Below are positions 40,315 to 60,075 of a DNA stretch of 64,000 nt, piece by piece; the stretch's first letter is position 1, and each line of letters begins with the position of its first letter. A model generated the notes under the pieces. That model was not told the origin of the DNA and did not search any database. It saw only the letters and a list, made by a program, of their open reading frames with translations. Made by a program: the position numbers and the translations under genes. The stretch is from the human T2T-CHM13v2.0 reference genome, Homo sapiens: assembly GCF_009914755.1 (NCBI RefSeq), contig NC_060930.1; one strand, given 5' to 3'.

Positions 40315-41529
40315 CTGCCAGTCCAGCCATCTCAGGATGGTGCCAGCTCCCTGAGGGGATGATGGGCTGACTGAGCTGCTGGCTTCCCTCTGGTTGCATG
40401 GGGGGGTACATGGGAGTTGACATTCTCCCTGTTAACAAGAATAAACTGGTACAATGGATGAGGGTAGAAATGCAAGAGGTGGGCCCTATGAAAAATATAG
40501 GATAACTATACCTTGGCTCTGGCTAGCCAACTTTACACTCCCAAACCATCTGCCGACTCTCACTGTGTCCCAGGGGTTGCAGAAAATGCCTGAGGGGAAT
40601 CAAAGGCCCCCACACAGGAAACTCCTCCTGCTCTGGTCACTTACAAGTCCCAAGTAAGACCTGTTTTCAGTATCACGTAATCATCGATGGTGTTGCTGAA
40701 AATGAAACTTAAAATGAGTACCTTCCTTGAAAATGAAATAAGACTGAAAAACAGACATGGGCAGAGGCCAGGGGAGTCCTAGGTGGCTTTGGTAGTTACT
40801 TGTTTGATGAGGTGGTGTTGTACGCTTTAGTGTCTCATACTGAGTGGCTCAGTATAGGTAAGCTAACCACTGACCCCCTGCTGCAACATTATTTTGCTTA
40901 CATTGAACAGGACAACCAACAGGACAGGGATAGAGATGAGTCCTAGCTGCTCTTGATCTAGGTTGAAAAGATCTTGATAATGGTCTTCCCAACTGTGGGG
41001 GACTTCCTAAAATCCACTCGAAAGCCATCCATAAAGCCAAAATCACTCTTAAGGAAAAAGTCATACCTGACTGTGTGACCCTGCTCCCAGCATATGGATG
41101 ATGCAGTGGAAGCCTTCATGTGACAGAGGTCTCCCCAAACCTGAAGACCCCATTATCCCTACTGTTGTTTCCTGAAATGATCATGGGGAAGCAATGGAAA
41201 AACTCCACTGAGTGTCCAGCTTTGGGATAAAAACAAAATGGTTTCGGTGGTTTCCAACAACTTGAGCTGAATGGAGTTCTCAACAATAGGAAGCAATGTC
41301 CAGAGGACCAAAAGAGGAAACCAATGGATGTCAAAGGGAAAAAACAGAGAGAACAGGGCTGACCCACAGAATAATATGGCTTTCATTGTTAAAACGAGGG
41401 ATAGACAAGGCTGGGAGCGGTGGCTCATGCCTGTAATCCCAGCACTTTAGGAGACCGAGATGGGCGGATCATCTGAGGTCAGGAGTTCGAGACCAGCCCG
41501 ACCAACATGGCAAAACCCCATCTTTACTA

Positions 41530-41679
<150 letters not shown>

Positions 41680-42003
41680 TCAAAACAAAAAAAAAGCCCG
41701 GGGGATAGATGAAAGAAAGATTGATGGGATCCCTGTAGAAGATCTTGGCCAATGCTATCAGGCGGAGAGAAGTGTCACTAAATTAGAGGTTAGGATCCTA
41801 ATCTTAGCCATAAAAACAAAAGTGTGGGCTCATGAGATTGAAAAGATTTAGAATCCTGTATAGTGTCAAGTCCCTGAATATGGGGACTATGACTTCTCTG
41901 TGCCCTGAACAGGACAATCAGGAAGACAATGTTGACAGTGAATAGAGTGAGTCAGACAGGGAGTAGGTATGATTGTACTCACCTATACCCTGACCTTAAT
42001 TAA

Positions 42004-42293
<290 letters not shown>

Positions 42294-42989
42294 TGACCCT
42301 GACCTTAATTTTTTCAACAAAAATAGAACTAAGGGGGATAAAACTAAGGTCTCTAGGTCCCCACTGGGGACCAGAGCCCTATGCTCCTGCCAAGATTAAA
42401 AAAAATAAAAAATAAAAAGCAAATCTAAACTTTTTTTTTTGATATGGAGTCTTGCTCTGTCACTCAGGCTGGAGTGCAGTGGTGTGATCTCTGCTCACTG
42501 CAACCTCTGCCTCCCGGTTCAAGCAATTCTCCTGTCTCAGCCTCCTGAGTAGCTGGGACTACAGGTGCATGCCACCATGCCCGGCTAATTTTTATATTTT
42601 TAGTAGAGACAGGGTTTCACCATATTGGTCAGGCTGGTCTTGAACTCTTGACCTCAGGTGATGCACCTGCCTCGGCCTCCTAAAGTGCTGGGATTACAGA
42701 CCTGAACCACCACACCTGGCTGCAAATCCAAACTTTTCCCAGATGGCAATAATCCTGGGACTCTGAAGGAGTAAGGGTAAACTGATGGAGACAGATTCAT
42801 ATGCTTTTGGGTAGGGCCCTTTGGGCCATTTTGGGCACAATGTATTACAGGTATTGACGTTTTGGTTACTTGCAGCATCGCTGCCACTTCAGGAGATATG
42901 CTCCCTCACAACAAAGGATTTAAGCCATAACAGTGAGATATGTCAGCTCCCACCTACAACCAAAGTTATCCAAGCCCCAGCAGGTTATT

Positions 42990-44640
42990 CTACAAAAACA
43001 GTACTACATAACAGGTAAATGAAGGGACATGACCCTGTTGATATAAAACTTGCTGCAGGCAGAAGTTATGCATCACTTTATTTCACTGTAACAGCCAAGT
43101 CTGGACTGTACAAAAGGCCTCAGGATCCTGGAGGTTGACAGTAGACTACCAAAGATTATATGCTTAGGTGCCACCCTTGGCTCCTGTGTTACCTGACATC
43201 ATTACTATCACTTAGGCAATGGTGGCCTACACAGAGACCAACACATTATTGATCTGGCCAAGGCCGCCTTCTGGATTCCTTTGTAGGATAAATATCAGGA
43301 CCAATTTGTATTCACATAAATGACCTACAATACACTTTCACTGTAGTTCCACAGGGATACATCAATTTTCCTGCAAAATGCCACCAATAGGTAGGGCTAG
43401 ATCTGTAACAAGCACAGTTACCCTCAGATATATTTGTCATTCACTGTGATAATGACATCTTCATTGCTGGCCTGACTGAAACAAACAGGTTGACCAGGCC
43501 CTACCTAAGCTCATAGACACCATGGCATGTAGACTGAGCCCTCAAGTCCAAGGCTCAACAATTGGAGTTCCTAGGAGCCACCTGGCTGGTAATCAGAGTA
43601 TTCTTTTTAAGTAAAAAAAAAAATTACTGTCCTTGATAGCACTCATAAATAAGAAAGGAGCTCAAAAGCTAATGGGCCTGTTTGGATATTAGAAACAGCA
43701 TGTACCATGTCTGGGTATTCTTTTGGTCCCTTTAATCAAGATTACTCAAAAAGTGGCCACCTTTAAATGATCCGTGGATCATTTAAAGGTGGCTTTAGAG
43801 CCCCCAATAACAACAGGCTCTAAAGGTCATACAACATGCAATGATATGGGTCCTGCCAGTAGGGCCAAGGAAGCCTGTCAGAACTACAGATCTCACTTAC
43901 TCCTACTGAGATTGAACCTGTGATAACAAGATACTGTTACTTGGATGTATTGATCTCTTGGGTTTTAAACTTATAAATTACCTGAGGCAGCCAGTTACAC
44001 CCCCTTTAAATGGCATCTATTAGCCTGCTTTTGGGACCTGATGGAAACAAATAATCTGACCATTGAAGTGCTGTATGTGACCTTAAAACCTAAGCTGCCC
44101 ATCCTTATATGGGTACTCACTAATTCTGTTAATAAAACAAGCTCAGCAAAGCTCTGTCATTAGATAAAAATGATATATCTAAGAGGGAGCCTGATTGGGG
44201 GCCCAAAGGGTTAATCAACTCCATAAACAAATATCTATTTTGCTGGAGGAGACTAATGACCCAAAGGGGATCCTTCCTTCCCAATCTTAACTAAATGGGT
44301 CTCACAGTTAAAAGATGTTCCAGCAGATGGTATGGCTTGGTTCACAGATAGATCCTTGAAACTGAAGTCCAATGGGACACTGTGGCTATCTGCCTCAAGG
44401 ATGGCCACCTTCTGAGACCAGATAAGAACACTGTCTAATGGGTTGAACTTTATACAACAATGATGTCTGTACAGGCCATTCCAACAGCAAATCCCTCCTA
44501 TGTATTTGCAGACTCATGGGCCTCACAAATGGGCTAATCATAGAGTCCAGTGCCTAATGGATGAAGAATTAGACCACAAAAGGCTCCCCTATGTGGAAAC
44601 AAAAACTGTGGTAACAGTTTGCAAACTAGAAAGGAGAGAT
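42990..44640 (+). pseudogene. ERV pol remnant (RT plus RNase H), many stops and frameshifts
   Basis: Motif fragments SQVWTVQK, WRLTVDY, IDLAKAAF, PQGYINFP, LMGLFGY, AWFTDRS, FADSWA. No long ORF; integrase not clearly recognisable. Confidence 0.8.
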
Positions 44641-45399
44641 GAACCTTTTATGCTCCCTATCACTCTCAAGCAAAATGTAGGATAGTAAAATGATAACGTG
44701 GGTGACTCAAATAATGCCAATGAAACATGGCACTTCAATGCATATTAGAAAATACTGAGGTCAGATGCAGTTGCTAACACCTGTGGTTCCAACTACTCAG
44801 GAGGCTGAGGGGGAGGATCGCTTGAACCCAGGAGGTGGAGGCTGCAGTGAGCCATGATCATGCCACTGCACTCCAGCCTTGGTGACAGAGTGAGACCCTG
44901 TCTCAGAAAATACTGAGTTTGGAGTGGGTGGAGAACTAGGCAGATGCCTGATTAGGCTGTGCCTCTGAAATCCCAATCTCAGTATACCCAACCATTCTTT
45001 TTCTTTTTTCCCACTGGAACACACTACTCAGGGGTGGTTTGTGGTCTGTGTTGCAGTGGCACCACCAGTAGGGTCTCTGATTCAGACCTGAAGGCAATGC
45101 TACCTTCAGGTGCCTCCCTCTTGTGGATTCTGTGGAGATGAGGGAAGGAGTGATAGACTGTCAGGACACTAGGATTCCCCTGGTTGTGTTTGGAACTCCC
45201 AATTCCTCCATATAGGTGGACAGTATTTTAGGGCATGTCAAATTTGTTCAGGATGTGACCTTCTTCCCTGAGTTGGATGATTAGGGCTGAAAGGTTAGGG
45301 TTAAGCAATGGGATAGTGGATCCTCATGAAAATTGTAGCCTCAGGACACAAAGAGCCTTGGTAGCTATATTTGAGTAAGTGTCATCCCAGGTCATTGAA

Positions 45400-45990
45400 A
45401 AAGAGTGTCTTTGGCCTCAGGAGGTTTATGCAGAGGGGATGGGTTAGGAATATTAATCTTTCCTCTTCTCATTCCTGCTTTGCCTGGCATGACAACACTG
45501 ATGAGAATCAGCACAGTTGTGGTGAGAAGTGGTGAGCTCAAAGTATGCAGGATTTGCCACCCCACGATGAAATCCCTTTCATCCCACACTCCCATTGTAG
45601 TGGCCTGGCCAGTGCACAGTGACTCGAACCTTCTCCAAGCCATCCAAGACCAACAAAACTCACTGAATTCACTAGCCAAGGTGGTGATGGGCAACTGAAT
45701 ATCCTTGATTATTTGCTGGCAGAATAGGGTGTTTTTATGTTATTGCCAACACGTCTTGCTGTGTATGTATCAATAATTCAGGGAGGGTAAAAACTGAGCT
45801 GGAGAAGATCCACACTCAGGAAGACAGTTAACATCTATACACTCACAGTTTCCTTGGACTCGTTTTAATCTCTTTATTTGGCTTGATCCAGGCACTTGGG
45901 GTTCCTGGGTAAGTGCCTGGTTAAGCCCAAGTGCCTGTTTCTGTAGTAACCCAGATGGAATGCTGTCTCAAAATGACAGGGAGTCTCTGA
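45400..45990 (+). pseudogene. ERV env transmembrane-subunit remnant (gamma-type)
   Basis: Heptad QAIQDQQNSLNSLAKVVMGN, then a frameshifted LDYLLAE immunosuppressive-domain-like motif and VIANTSCCV (CX6CC-like). Confidence 0.75.
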
Positions 45991-48900
45991 GATAAACTAC
46001 ACCCATAATGAGTTGTCCAGAGGCCCCACAAGAACCAACTTCACCTCCAAATCCTGGCCAGGTTAGTGGTCCTACCAAATTTGATGTGCGTTACCTGCTA
46101 TGTCAGCATCCAAGTATGGATTAGGGGTTGGACTGTTGGGAAAGACAGTTGTGCACAGCCTGTTGACCCTTGCATGGCTGCATGAAAGTATGCCTCAGGT
46201 CTGGAAGATATTTTTATATGGAGATAAGGGGCCCTAGGACCTATGCTGGGCATATCTCCTTATTTGGGAGTATCTTTCCCTATTCTGGGTGTCATCTGTA
46301 CTTCTTTATCCTACTTAAAGAATGTACATTATATGACACCTGGCCAGCCCTACTGCTCTATCTGTTCCCAGTGAGAAGGGAACAGGGTCCTTTGCCTGTA
46401 GCACAAGAGGGATGTGTGAAGACTATTACCCTATGTCAGCTGTCAGGCAAGACCTGCTGCCATGGCGGACCAATGCACACTATTGAAACTCATCTTGCTC
46501 TCTTCTCTAGGTGAGTAAAGCATTGTTCCTTTCAGTGCCTGTGTGAGTCATGTCTTTCTTAGTGACTCCAATACCTGCAAATCACATAGTGGGTTGACAT
46601 CCTGATGCTGCTGCTCCTGATGGTAGGCAACAAGTGTTGCTTGATAGCAGGATTTATAAGTACAGAAAATAGAGGTCCTCAATCATTTGTATTTTCTTAA
46701 ATGATTATGAGGCAAGGTCATCAACTGAGAAAGGAAAGTTGGCAAAAGAAAGGAAAGAGAAAAGAAATGTGAAATTGTTATTATGCAGAAGAGAAAAGCA
46801 GGCAGACTAGGGAAGTAAAGTAGGATTGACGGGCAGTCTGGAGTGCCCATGAGATTTATGGCCATAAATGTAATGTGAGTAAAATTGTAAGCTTTCTTTT
46901 TCTAGAGGTATTCAGACACTTGGGTGCAGGTGTGGAGTATGTGGGATTAATTAGGGTCAAAGCTTTGTCAGGTAAGAAAAGGAAGAAAGAAAGGGCTGGA
47001 GGAGTTAACGGCTTTTGCAAGGAAATGATTTTAGCGGTGAACAAAAATATAAGGTGGGTAAGGGAATGCTTTATAGTGAAAAAGGGATGGTGTTCCTGGA
47101 CTGAAAATTTTATTAAGATCAAAGAAGAGCTTCTGTGCAAAGACTAGAAGTGATAGGACATGGGCGGGCTAGAGAATAAGGTTCTGGAATTTGGGATTTT
47201 GGAGGTAGTATAGTTGTTAAAGACAAGAATCAAAGTATTACCATGGGAGTGAGTGGATGGTTGAGATAGAGTGGTAAATCGATCATTGGAAGGAAGAATC
47301 ATTGGAGGTTGAGAAACTGAGAGTCAAGTTGTTAGGTGGATCATCACTGAATGTTGACAACATACTTATGTTGATAGGAGTATTGGTACAAGTAGACTAT
47401 AAGACAGGTGCTAGAGTCATCAGCACTGTGAAGATTATAGCCTAGGGAGTTGGCAGATGACAGCAATGAGAAGAAGCTAGTGCTAAAATATCCTGGTCTG
47501 CATAAAAGATTATGGGGCTTTATAGGAGGAGAGTTAGGATAAGGTTTGGGAGCCACAATAAAAAGCAAAAGAAGCACTTCTCCACCTCCAGATCTGAGTT
47601 CCGTGGGTGATTCATTTTGGGACATTTAAAGTTTGAAATGTCTGGAGATATCCAATATTAAATACCAAATATGCCGTTGAATATACAAGCCTGGAATTTG
47701 GAAGAAAGGTGAAGGGTGAACAAATTTGGGATTTGTAGTAGAAATTCATCATTTTTGGTCACCTAGCTTACACAGTGATTCTCCCTTCTTTCAAATTGTC
47801 TCATTTTTTTTTTTTTTTTAGTGTGGATTTACCCTTCATTTATTCTCAGCTTATATTATTTGGATCTACTTACCCTAATCCCTCAGGTAGGCCCTGATTG
47901 ACTTAACCACTCAACAAACCCCACCACTTGGCTACAGTAATTGGTCTGCTGTGATGAACACAACTCACTGTGAGAGTTAGACTGGACATTTTTGCCTAAT
48001 TATTGGAAAAAAGAAACTTTCTTTTTCCTATTGTGCATTAAACATGGAGGATGTGAAATCTGAGAGTGCTGCAACCTTCTTGTAACCATGAGAGAAGAAT
48101 CTATTCCATTTGAGAATTAAGTCAACACTCTGAGAGGAAGAGAGAACAGCTGAGCTGTGAGGTGGAGAGAACAAGGTTGTAGGCATAGCATTTGAACTTG
48201 ATTGATTCCTGTGGCACTGGCATTTAGCCATTCCTTAGTAGAAATCAGGTTCCCCCAGAAATCAGTCAGTATGGAAGAGGGATACACAGGATATGGATAC
48301 TGAATGGTGTGAATACTGAAAGGTATAATGCATCAGAGCCATTACTATAACAGTCTCTGACAATCTGTTTCTACTAATTCTTAGACCCCTTGAAGCTCAT
48401 CCGTGGTGCAAAGGGATAAATTAATCCCACTTTACCCCATACAAGAAAAAAAAAATCAGCTATGCTAATTATCTTACATTTCTCATTCAAGATCAACTCC
48501 TCAACATTTTCCACAGTGTTTTATGCTACAGGAAGCTGACCTAGATGAACAGCACTAATGAGTTCCCTTGTCCTCTGGCTTCCCATTGGTTTGGGCTAAT
48601 AGGGAGCCGCAGCAGGAGATTAGAGGGAGGAGGGAGTTGCTGTTGACATCCATTGAAGGGAAGTTTCTGTCAAGGTGGCCATCTCATACCTTTCCCCCTT
48701 TCCCTTGCACCTTCAGGCCCAGAAGTAAAGCTCACCGAGGCCCAGGATACTATTACTAAATATTTCTTTAAGACAGAAAGTAAAGGCTAACAGAGATACT
48801 ATTCTCTTTTTTCCCTACACCTTACTCACCTTGTAAATAGCCTCTTTATTGAACTTTTCTCAAATTATCCATGTTTTCTGTTGGGAATCTAACTAATATT

Positions 48901-49849
48901 TACCTGATGAACTAGTTTTAAGTACCCTTAAAAGCATACATGCACTCATATACATAATAAAGAATATTCTTGTCTTGTCACCTTGGCCAATTTGAGTTAA
49001 TCTTTTCGGTTTCTGTATACCAGCTTGACCTCATGGTTGATACATATATTTTTAACCCCATCCTCCAGTGTTATGCAACATTGTCTGAAGGAAAGCTATC
49101 TTTCAGTATGTCCTTGGGTAGCACCTTACATCTGTCCATTCTACTGCAGCTTCTCACAAGTCAATTATAGGCAGTGTTAAATAAAATGTTCAGATCATTC
49201 TTAAGCACTGATTAGAACGGCTGCAAGCAAATGCTTGCTTAGAAACTGGCTGAGAATGCTTATAGTAATCCAATTTTATACCTTGTTGAATTCTATAACT
49301 TGTTGGTAAATTTTATACAATTGCTGTTAGATGTTGTTTCTAACTTCTGTGACATACATCCTAGAATTTTAAATCCCTGAAATAAGGTTTGCAAATGATG
49401 TTACATTGACCCTTTCACCCCTTAGCTTTACAATATATGACCATGTGTTATGTATTTTGAGCTGAGCTCTGGTTTAGATAGTTTCACAATTCTTTAAAAG
49501 ACAAACAGATAACAAACAGTTATTATAGATTGCTCAAAGATGTTTTAAGAGGAAGTCACGGCCATAGTTATGTATTTTATTAAAGTAATTTATCTTTTTT
49601 TTCTTTCTTTTTTTCTGGTTTTACCTTTCTTTCCTTTTTTTTATTATTATACTTTAAGTTCTAGGGTACATGTGCACAATGTGCAGGTTTGTTACATATG
49701 TATACATGTGCCATGTTGGTGTGCTGCACCCATTAACTCGTCATTTACATTAGGTATATCTCCTAATGCTATCCCTCCCCCCTCCCCCTACCCCATGACA
49801 GGCCCCGGTGGGTTATGTTCCCCCTCCTGTGTCCAAGTGTTCTCATTGT

Positions 49850-53644
<3,795 letters not shown>

Positions 53645-53707
53645 TATGATGTTAGCTGGTTATTTTGCTCGTTAGTTGATGCGGTTTCTTCCTAGCCTTG
53701 ATGGTCT

Positions 53708-54718
53708 TTACAATTTGGCAGTGGCTGGTACCAGTTGTTCCTTTCCATGTTTAGTGCTTCCTTCAGGAGCTCTTGTAGGGCAGGCTTGGTGGTGAAAAAA
53801 TCTCTCAGCATTTGCTTGTCTGTAAAGAATTTTATTTCTCCTTCACTTATGAAGCTTAGTTTGGCTGGATATGAAATTCTGGGTTGAAAATTCTTTTCTT
53901 TAAGAATGTTGAATATTGGCCCCCACTCTCTTCTGGCTTGTAGAGTTTCTGCTGAGAGATCTGCTGTTAGTCTGATGGGCTTCCCTTTGTGGGTAACCTG
54001 ACCTTTCTCTCTGGCTGCCTTAATATTTTTTCCTTCATTTCAACTTTGGTGAATTTGAAAATTATGTGTCTTGGAGTTGCTCTTCTCGAGGAGCATCTTT
54101 GTGGCATTCTTTGTATTTCCTGAATTTGAATGTTGGCCTGCCTTGCTAGGTTGGGGAAGTTCTGAATATTCTGATAATATGCTGCAGAGTGTTTTCCATC
54201 TTGGTTCCATTCTCCCCATCACTTTCAGGTACACCAATCAGACATAGATTTGGTCTCTTCACATAGTCCCATATTTCTTGGAGGCTTTGTTCATTTCTTT
54301 TTACTCTTTTTTCTCTAAACTTCTCTTCTCGCTTCATTTCATTCATTTGATCTTCAATCACTGATAGCCTTTCTTCCAGTTGATTGAATTGGCTACTGAA
54401 GCTTGTGCATTCGTCACGTACTTCTTGTGCCATGGTTTTCAGCTCCATCAGGTCATTTAAGGACTTCTCTACACTGTTTATTCTAGTTAGCCATTCATCT
54501 AATCTTTTTTCAAGGTTTTTAGCTTCTTTGTGATGGGTTCAAACTTCCTCCTTTAGCTCGGAGAAGTTTGAGCATCTGAAGCCTTCTTCTCTCAACTTGT
54601 CAAAGTCATTCTCCATCCAGCTTTGTTCTGTTGCTGGCAAGGAGCTAGTTTCCTTTGGAGGAGGAGAAGTGCTCTGATTTTTGGAATTTTCAGCTTTTCT
54701 CCTCTGCTTTTTCCCCAT
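53708..54718 (-). pseudogene. L1 ORF1, disrupted
   Basis: ATG GGG AAA at 54718. Fragment MELKTMAQE...SLQEIWDYVKRPNLCLIGVPESDGENGTK, with a frameshift near 54170. Confidence 0.9.
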
Positions 54719-55276
54719 CTTTGTGGTTTTATTTTCCTTTGGTCTTTGATGATGGTGACGTACAGATGGGGTTTTGGTGTGGATGTCCTTTGTGCTTGTT
54801 AGTTTTCCTTGTAACAGTCAGGACCCTCAGCTGCAGGTCTGTTGGAGTTTGCTGGAGGTCCACTCCAGACCCTGTTTGCCTGGGAATCAGCTGTGGAGGC
54901 TTCAGAACAGCGAATATTGCTGAACAGCAAATGTTGCTGCCTGATCATTCCTCTGGAAGCTTCATCTCAGAGGGGTACCTGGCCGTGTGAGGTGTCAGTA
55001 TGCCCCTACTGGGGGGTGCCTTCCAGTTAGGCTACTCAGGGGTCAGGGACCCACTTGAGGAGGCAGTCTGTCCATTCTCAGTTCTCAAACTCTGTGCTGG
55101 GAGAACCACTACTCTCTTCAAAGCTGTCAGACAGGGACATTTAAGTCTGCAGAGGTTTCTGCTGCCCTGCCCACAAAGGTGGAGTCTGCAGAGGCAGGCA
55201 GGCCTCCTTGAGCTGCGGTGGGATCCACCCAGTTCAAGCTTCCCAGCCGCTTTGTTTACCTACTCAAGTGTCAGCA

Positions 55277-55426
55277 ATGGCGGGCACCCCTCTGCCAGCC
55301 TTGCTGCAGCCTTGCAGTTCGATCTCAGTCTGCTGTGCTAGCAATGAGCGAGACTCTGTGGGCTTGGGACCCTCCAAGCCATGCACGGAATATAATCTCC
55401 TGGTGTGCCGTTTGCTAAGACCATAG
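55277..55426 (+). pseudogene. L1 antisense ORF0, truncated at 49 codons
   Basis: MAGTPLPALLQPCSSISVCCASNERDSVGLGPSKP... matches the recalled 71-aa primate ORF0 but stops early at TAG. Confidence 0.75.
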
Positions 55427-55782
55427 GAAAAGTGCAGTATTAGGGTGGGAGTGACCTGATTTTCCAGGTGCCGTCTGTCACAGCTTGCCTTGGCTAGGAA
55501 GGGGAATTCCCTGACCCCTTGTGCTTCCCGGGTGAGGCGATGCCTCACCCTGCTTTGGCTCACGTTCGGTGGGCTGCAGCCACTGTCCTGCACCCACTGT
55601 CCAACAAGCCCCAGTGAGATGAACCCCAGTACCTCAGTTGGAAATGCAGAAATCACCCGTCTTCTGCGTTGCTCACGCTGAGAGCTGTAGACTGGAGCTG
55701 TTCCTATTTGGCCATCTTCAGTAATTTTTCAATACAGTTAAAAGTTTTGCCAGCCATTTTTATCATGCAGCCATTGTGATGA

Positions 55783-56076
<294 letters not shown>

Positions 56077-57516
56077 TAGCCAAGATGATCTAGATTTCCT
56101 GACCTCGTGATCCACCTGCCTCGGCCTCCCAAAGTACAAGGATTACAGGCGTGAGCCACCACGCCTGACTGTGGATAGTTAATTTCTTTACAAAATTTAC
56201 AATAGAGTTGGGAATGGGTTATAGTGTGTGGCTTCCTAAAGATATATTTTTCACTTTACACTTGTCACACTGGTGCTTATTTTCCTGTTATGTTCTGGAT
56301 GGCTTATTTCAGGTACATGGAGGAACTTGTATGTACTATGTCAAGGCAATGGATCAAGGAGCCTTCAGCTCAGAAATGTGACTTAATGGCCTGTCATTAA
56401 GAGAATTTTCCTAGCTTATGTTGTGTGAATGATTAGAGCTTGTCAACTTTGTCAAATGATTATACAACGAGGGTTGTTAAATAGAAGGAAACTCAGAATT
56501 TCTTTCTAGAAGATGCTTATGTATAAGAACAGAACATGTGAGCTGGACATGGTGGCTCACACCTGTAATCCCAGTTAATTAAGAGGCTGAAGCAGGAGGA
56601 TCGCCTGAGCCCAGGAGTTCGAGGCTGCAGTGAGCTGAGATCATGCCAGTGCAACTTTGCCTTCTCTTAAAAAAAGAAAAAAAAAAGAAAACAAGATTCT
56701 CCTCTATAAACAATAATATTAACACATTTAAGAAAATTATAATACTGTATAATATCTCGTTCAAATTCATGTTTCTCAATTGTCTACAAAATGTCTTTTT
56801 AACTAATGTTTTTTGGCCAGAATTTACCAAGCTTCATTCACTGTATTTTGTTGTTGTGTCTCTTTAGTCTATCTTAATTCACAGAGGCTTTCTAATGGCC
56901 TCAAAAGTATAAATTATAGCTGATATTTGATCCCCCCAGGAATGCAGTGTGTACATAAAGTCTGTTGGTATTGTTAATGAATCTTTGGATTTACTGAAAC
57001 TCTTTTCCAAATAAGTTGTTTTACAGTGTATTTTCCCTCCTGCCTGCCTCCCTGCCTCCCTCCCTCCCTCCCTCCCTCCCCCCCTTCCTTCCTTCCTTCC
57101 TTCCTTCTTCCTTCCTTTTTGAAACAGGGTCTCACTCTGTTGCCTAGGCTGAAGTGCACTGAGTGGTGTCATCATGCCCACTGCAACCTCGACCTCCTGG
57201 GCTCAAGTGATCCTCCCACCTCAACCTCCTGAGTAGCAGGGACCACAGGCATAAACCACCATACTTGGCTAATTTTTGTATTTTCTGTAGAGACAGGGTT
57301 TTGCCATGTTGCCCAGGCTGGTCTTGAACACCTGAGCTCAAGTGATCTGCCCGCCTCAGCCCTGCAAAGTGCTGGGATTAGAGGCCTGAGCCACCTCACC
57401 CAGCCTAGTGGAGAATGTTAGAACATATATGTTGAAATATTTAGAGGTGATGTTGGCCGGGCGCGGTGCTCACGCCTGTAATCCCAGCACTTTGGGAGGC
57501 CAAGGTGGGTGGATCA

Positions 57517-57771
<255 letters not shown>

Positions 57772-57949
57772 TCACTTCATGATGTCTGTATCTCACTTTC
57801 AAATGGTTCAAACAAATATATATACTTATCATATATTTGTTTTATTTCTATGTATAATATGTGGGAAATGGTTCAGCAATGTACATGTGTGTATCTGTGT
57901 AGGCACACTGACATATATGTATGTATTTTACCATGTTCTCTCTTCCCTC

Positions 57950-57951
<2 letters not shown>

Positions 57952-57998
<47 letters not shown>
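57952..57998. repeat. (CA)n microsatellite, about 23 perfect units
   Basis: Directly visible. Confidence 0.95.
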
Positions 57999-58001
<3 letters not shown>

Positions 58002-58703
58002 TTTTGTTAGTTCTGTTTCTCTGAAGAGCCTTAATCAATACATATGATTTATTTTATTGCTATTTGCTATTCTTTCTTCAATTACTTGCCTCTACTGGGA
58101 AATTTAGCCTTTGTCTGTTATTCTTAACTCTTTCAAAACTCTGGAAATCAAGTGTTGTATTCTTATTGAGTTCCTTTAAATTCTTTTATCTAATGTCTGT
58201 GATGGTTAGGAATTTTAGTCCAAAATGTTGGCATACAAAGAGTGTCACATTGTTTCATTTCTTTAATAATCAAATCTGCTTTAAGCCTCCTCCTGTAACA
58301 TAGCACTCAGCTGGGGGATCTCCTTACCCATTCTATTTGTTTATACAAGAATGTCAGTCTTATCAGAACACTAGGGAAGAGATTAGGTTGTTAATCCAAG
58401 GTGATTGCTAGCATTACTGAAACTTCTGCTACCTGATGCAGCTTTTCTGAAGCTGGTCCTCTATCTTAAGTCATGTGTTCTTTGAGATGAGTCAGGTGCA
58501 TTTCACAATGACCATAAGTTTTCTTGAATAGACTTTTCTGTTGCTGTCAACTTTGTCCTAAGGGTTGACCCAAAGGTGGGTTCTGAGGGAGATGGGCTGA
58601 ATCAGCTTTTCCTGGACAGCTGGAAACCTCTCAGTTCAAGAGGTAATTGGGGAAGGGGAAGTCCAGAAGTCAGTAGCATTGGACAAATATCAAACATCAG
58701 GTC

Positions 58704-59424
<721 letters not shown>

Positions 59425-60075
59425 TGGTCCAAGGGACAAGTTCATTATTAACAGTAAATAATATAAGGAATCATCAGTTTACTCTCTGGCTCCTGGGCCA
59501 CCTCTTGGTTTGGATGGTCTCTTAGCTTCCTTCTCTTTGTCTATCTCTTTCTTAAATGTAGGCATTTCCTATGGTATGTTCTTGGTTCTTTTCTCTTCTT
59601 ATAGTACACACTGTCTCTGAGTGATTTAATTCACTGAGTACCTTTTGTGTGCCAGGCACTGTTCTAGGAGCAGGGGTTACAACAGTGAGTTGGTCAGACA
59701 AGTCGTTGCTCTCATAATGCTTTTGTTTTAGTGGAAGACAGAAAAAGTAAATAATTAAGGAAGGTAATTTCAGATAATGATAAGTACTACGAAAAATATA
59801 AAATAGGAAGATATAACAGATAATGGATTCGAGGGAGCACAGAAGCCCTCTTCTTATAAGATGTGGGGTAAAATTGCTCTAAACAAAAGACACATGTGAA
59901 GTCCCCAGACAGAGGGAAGAGTTAATGTAAAATAAAGTTAGCTTACTCAAGAAACAGAAAGAAAGCTAATGTGACTGCAGTACCTTTAAAAAGGCAAAGA
60001 ATGGCCAGGTACAGTCCTCATGCCTATAATCCCAGCAATTTGGGAGGCTGAGGCAGGAGGATTGCTTGAGGCCAG

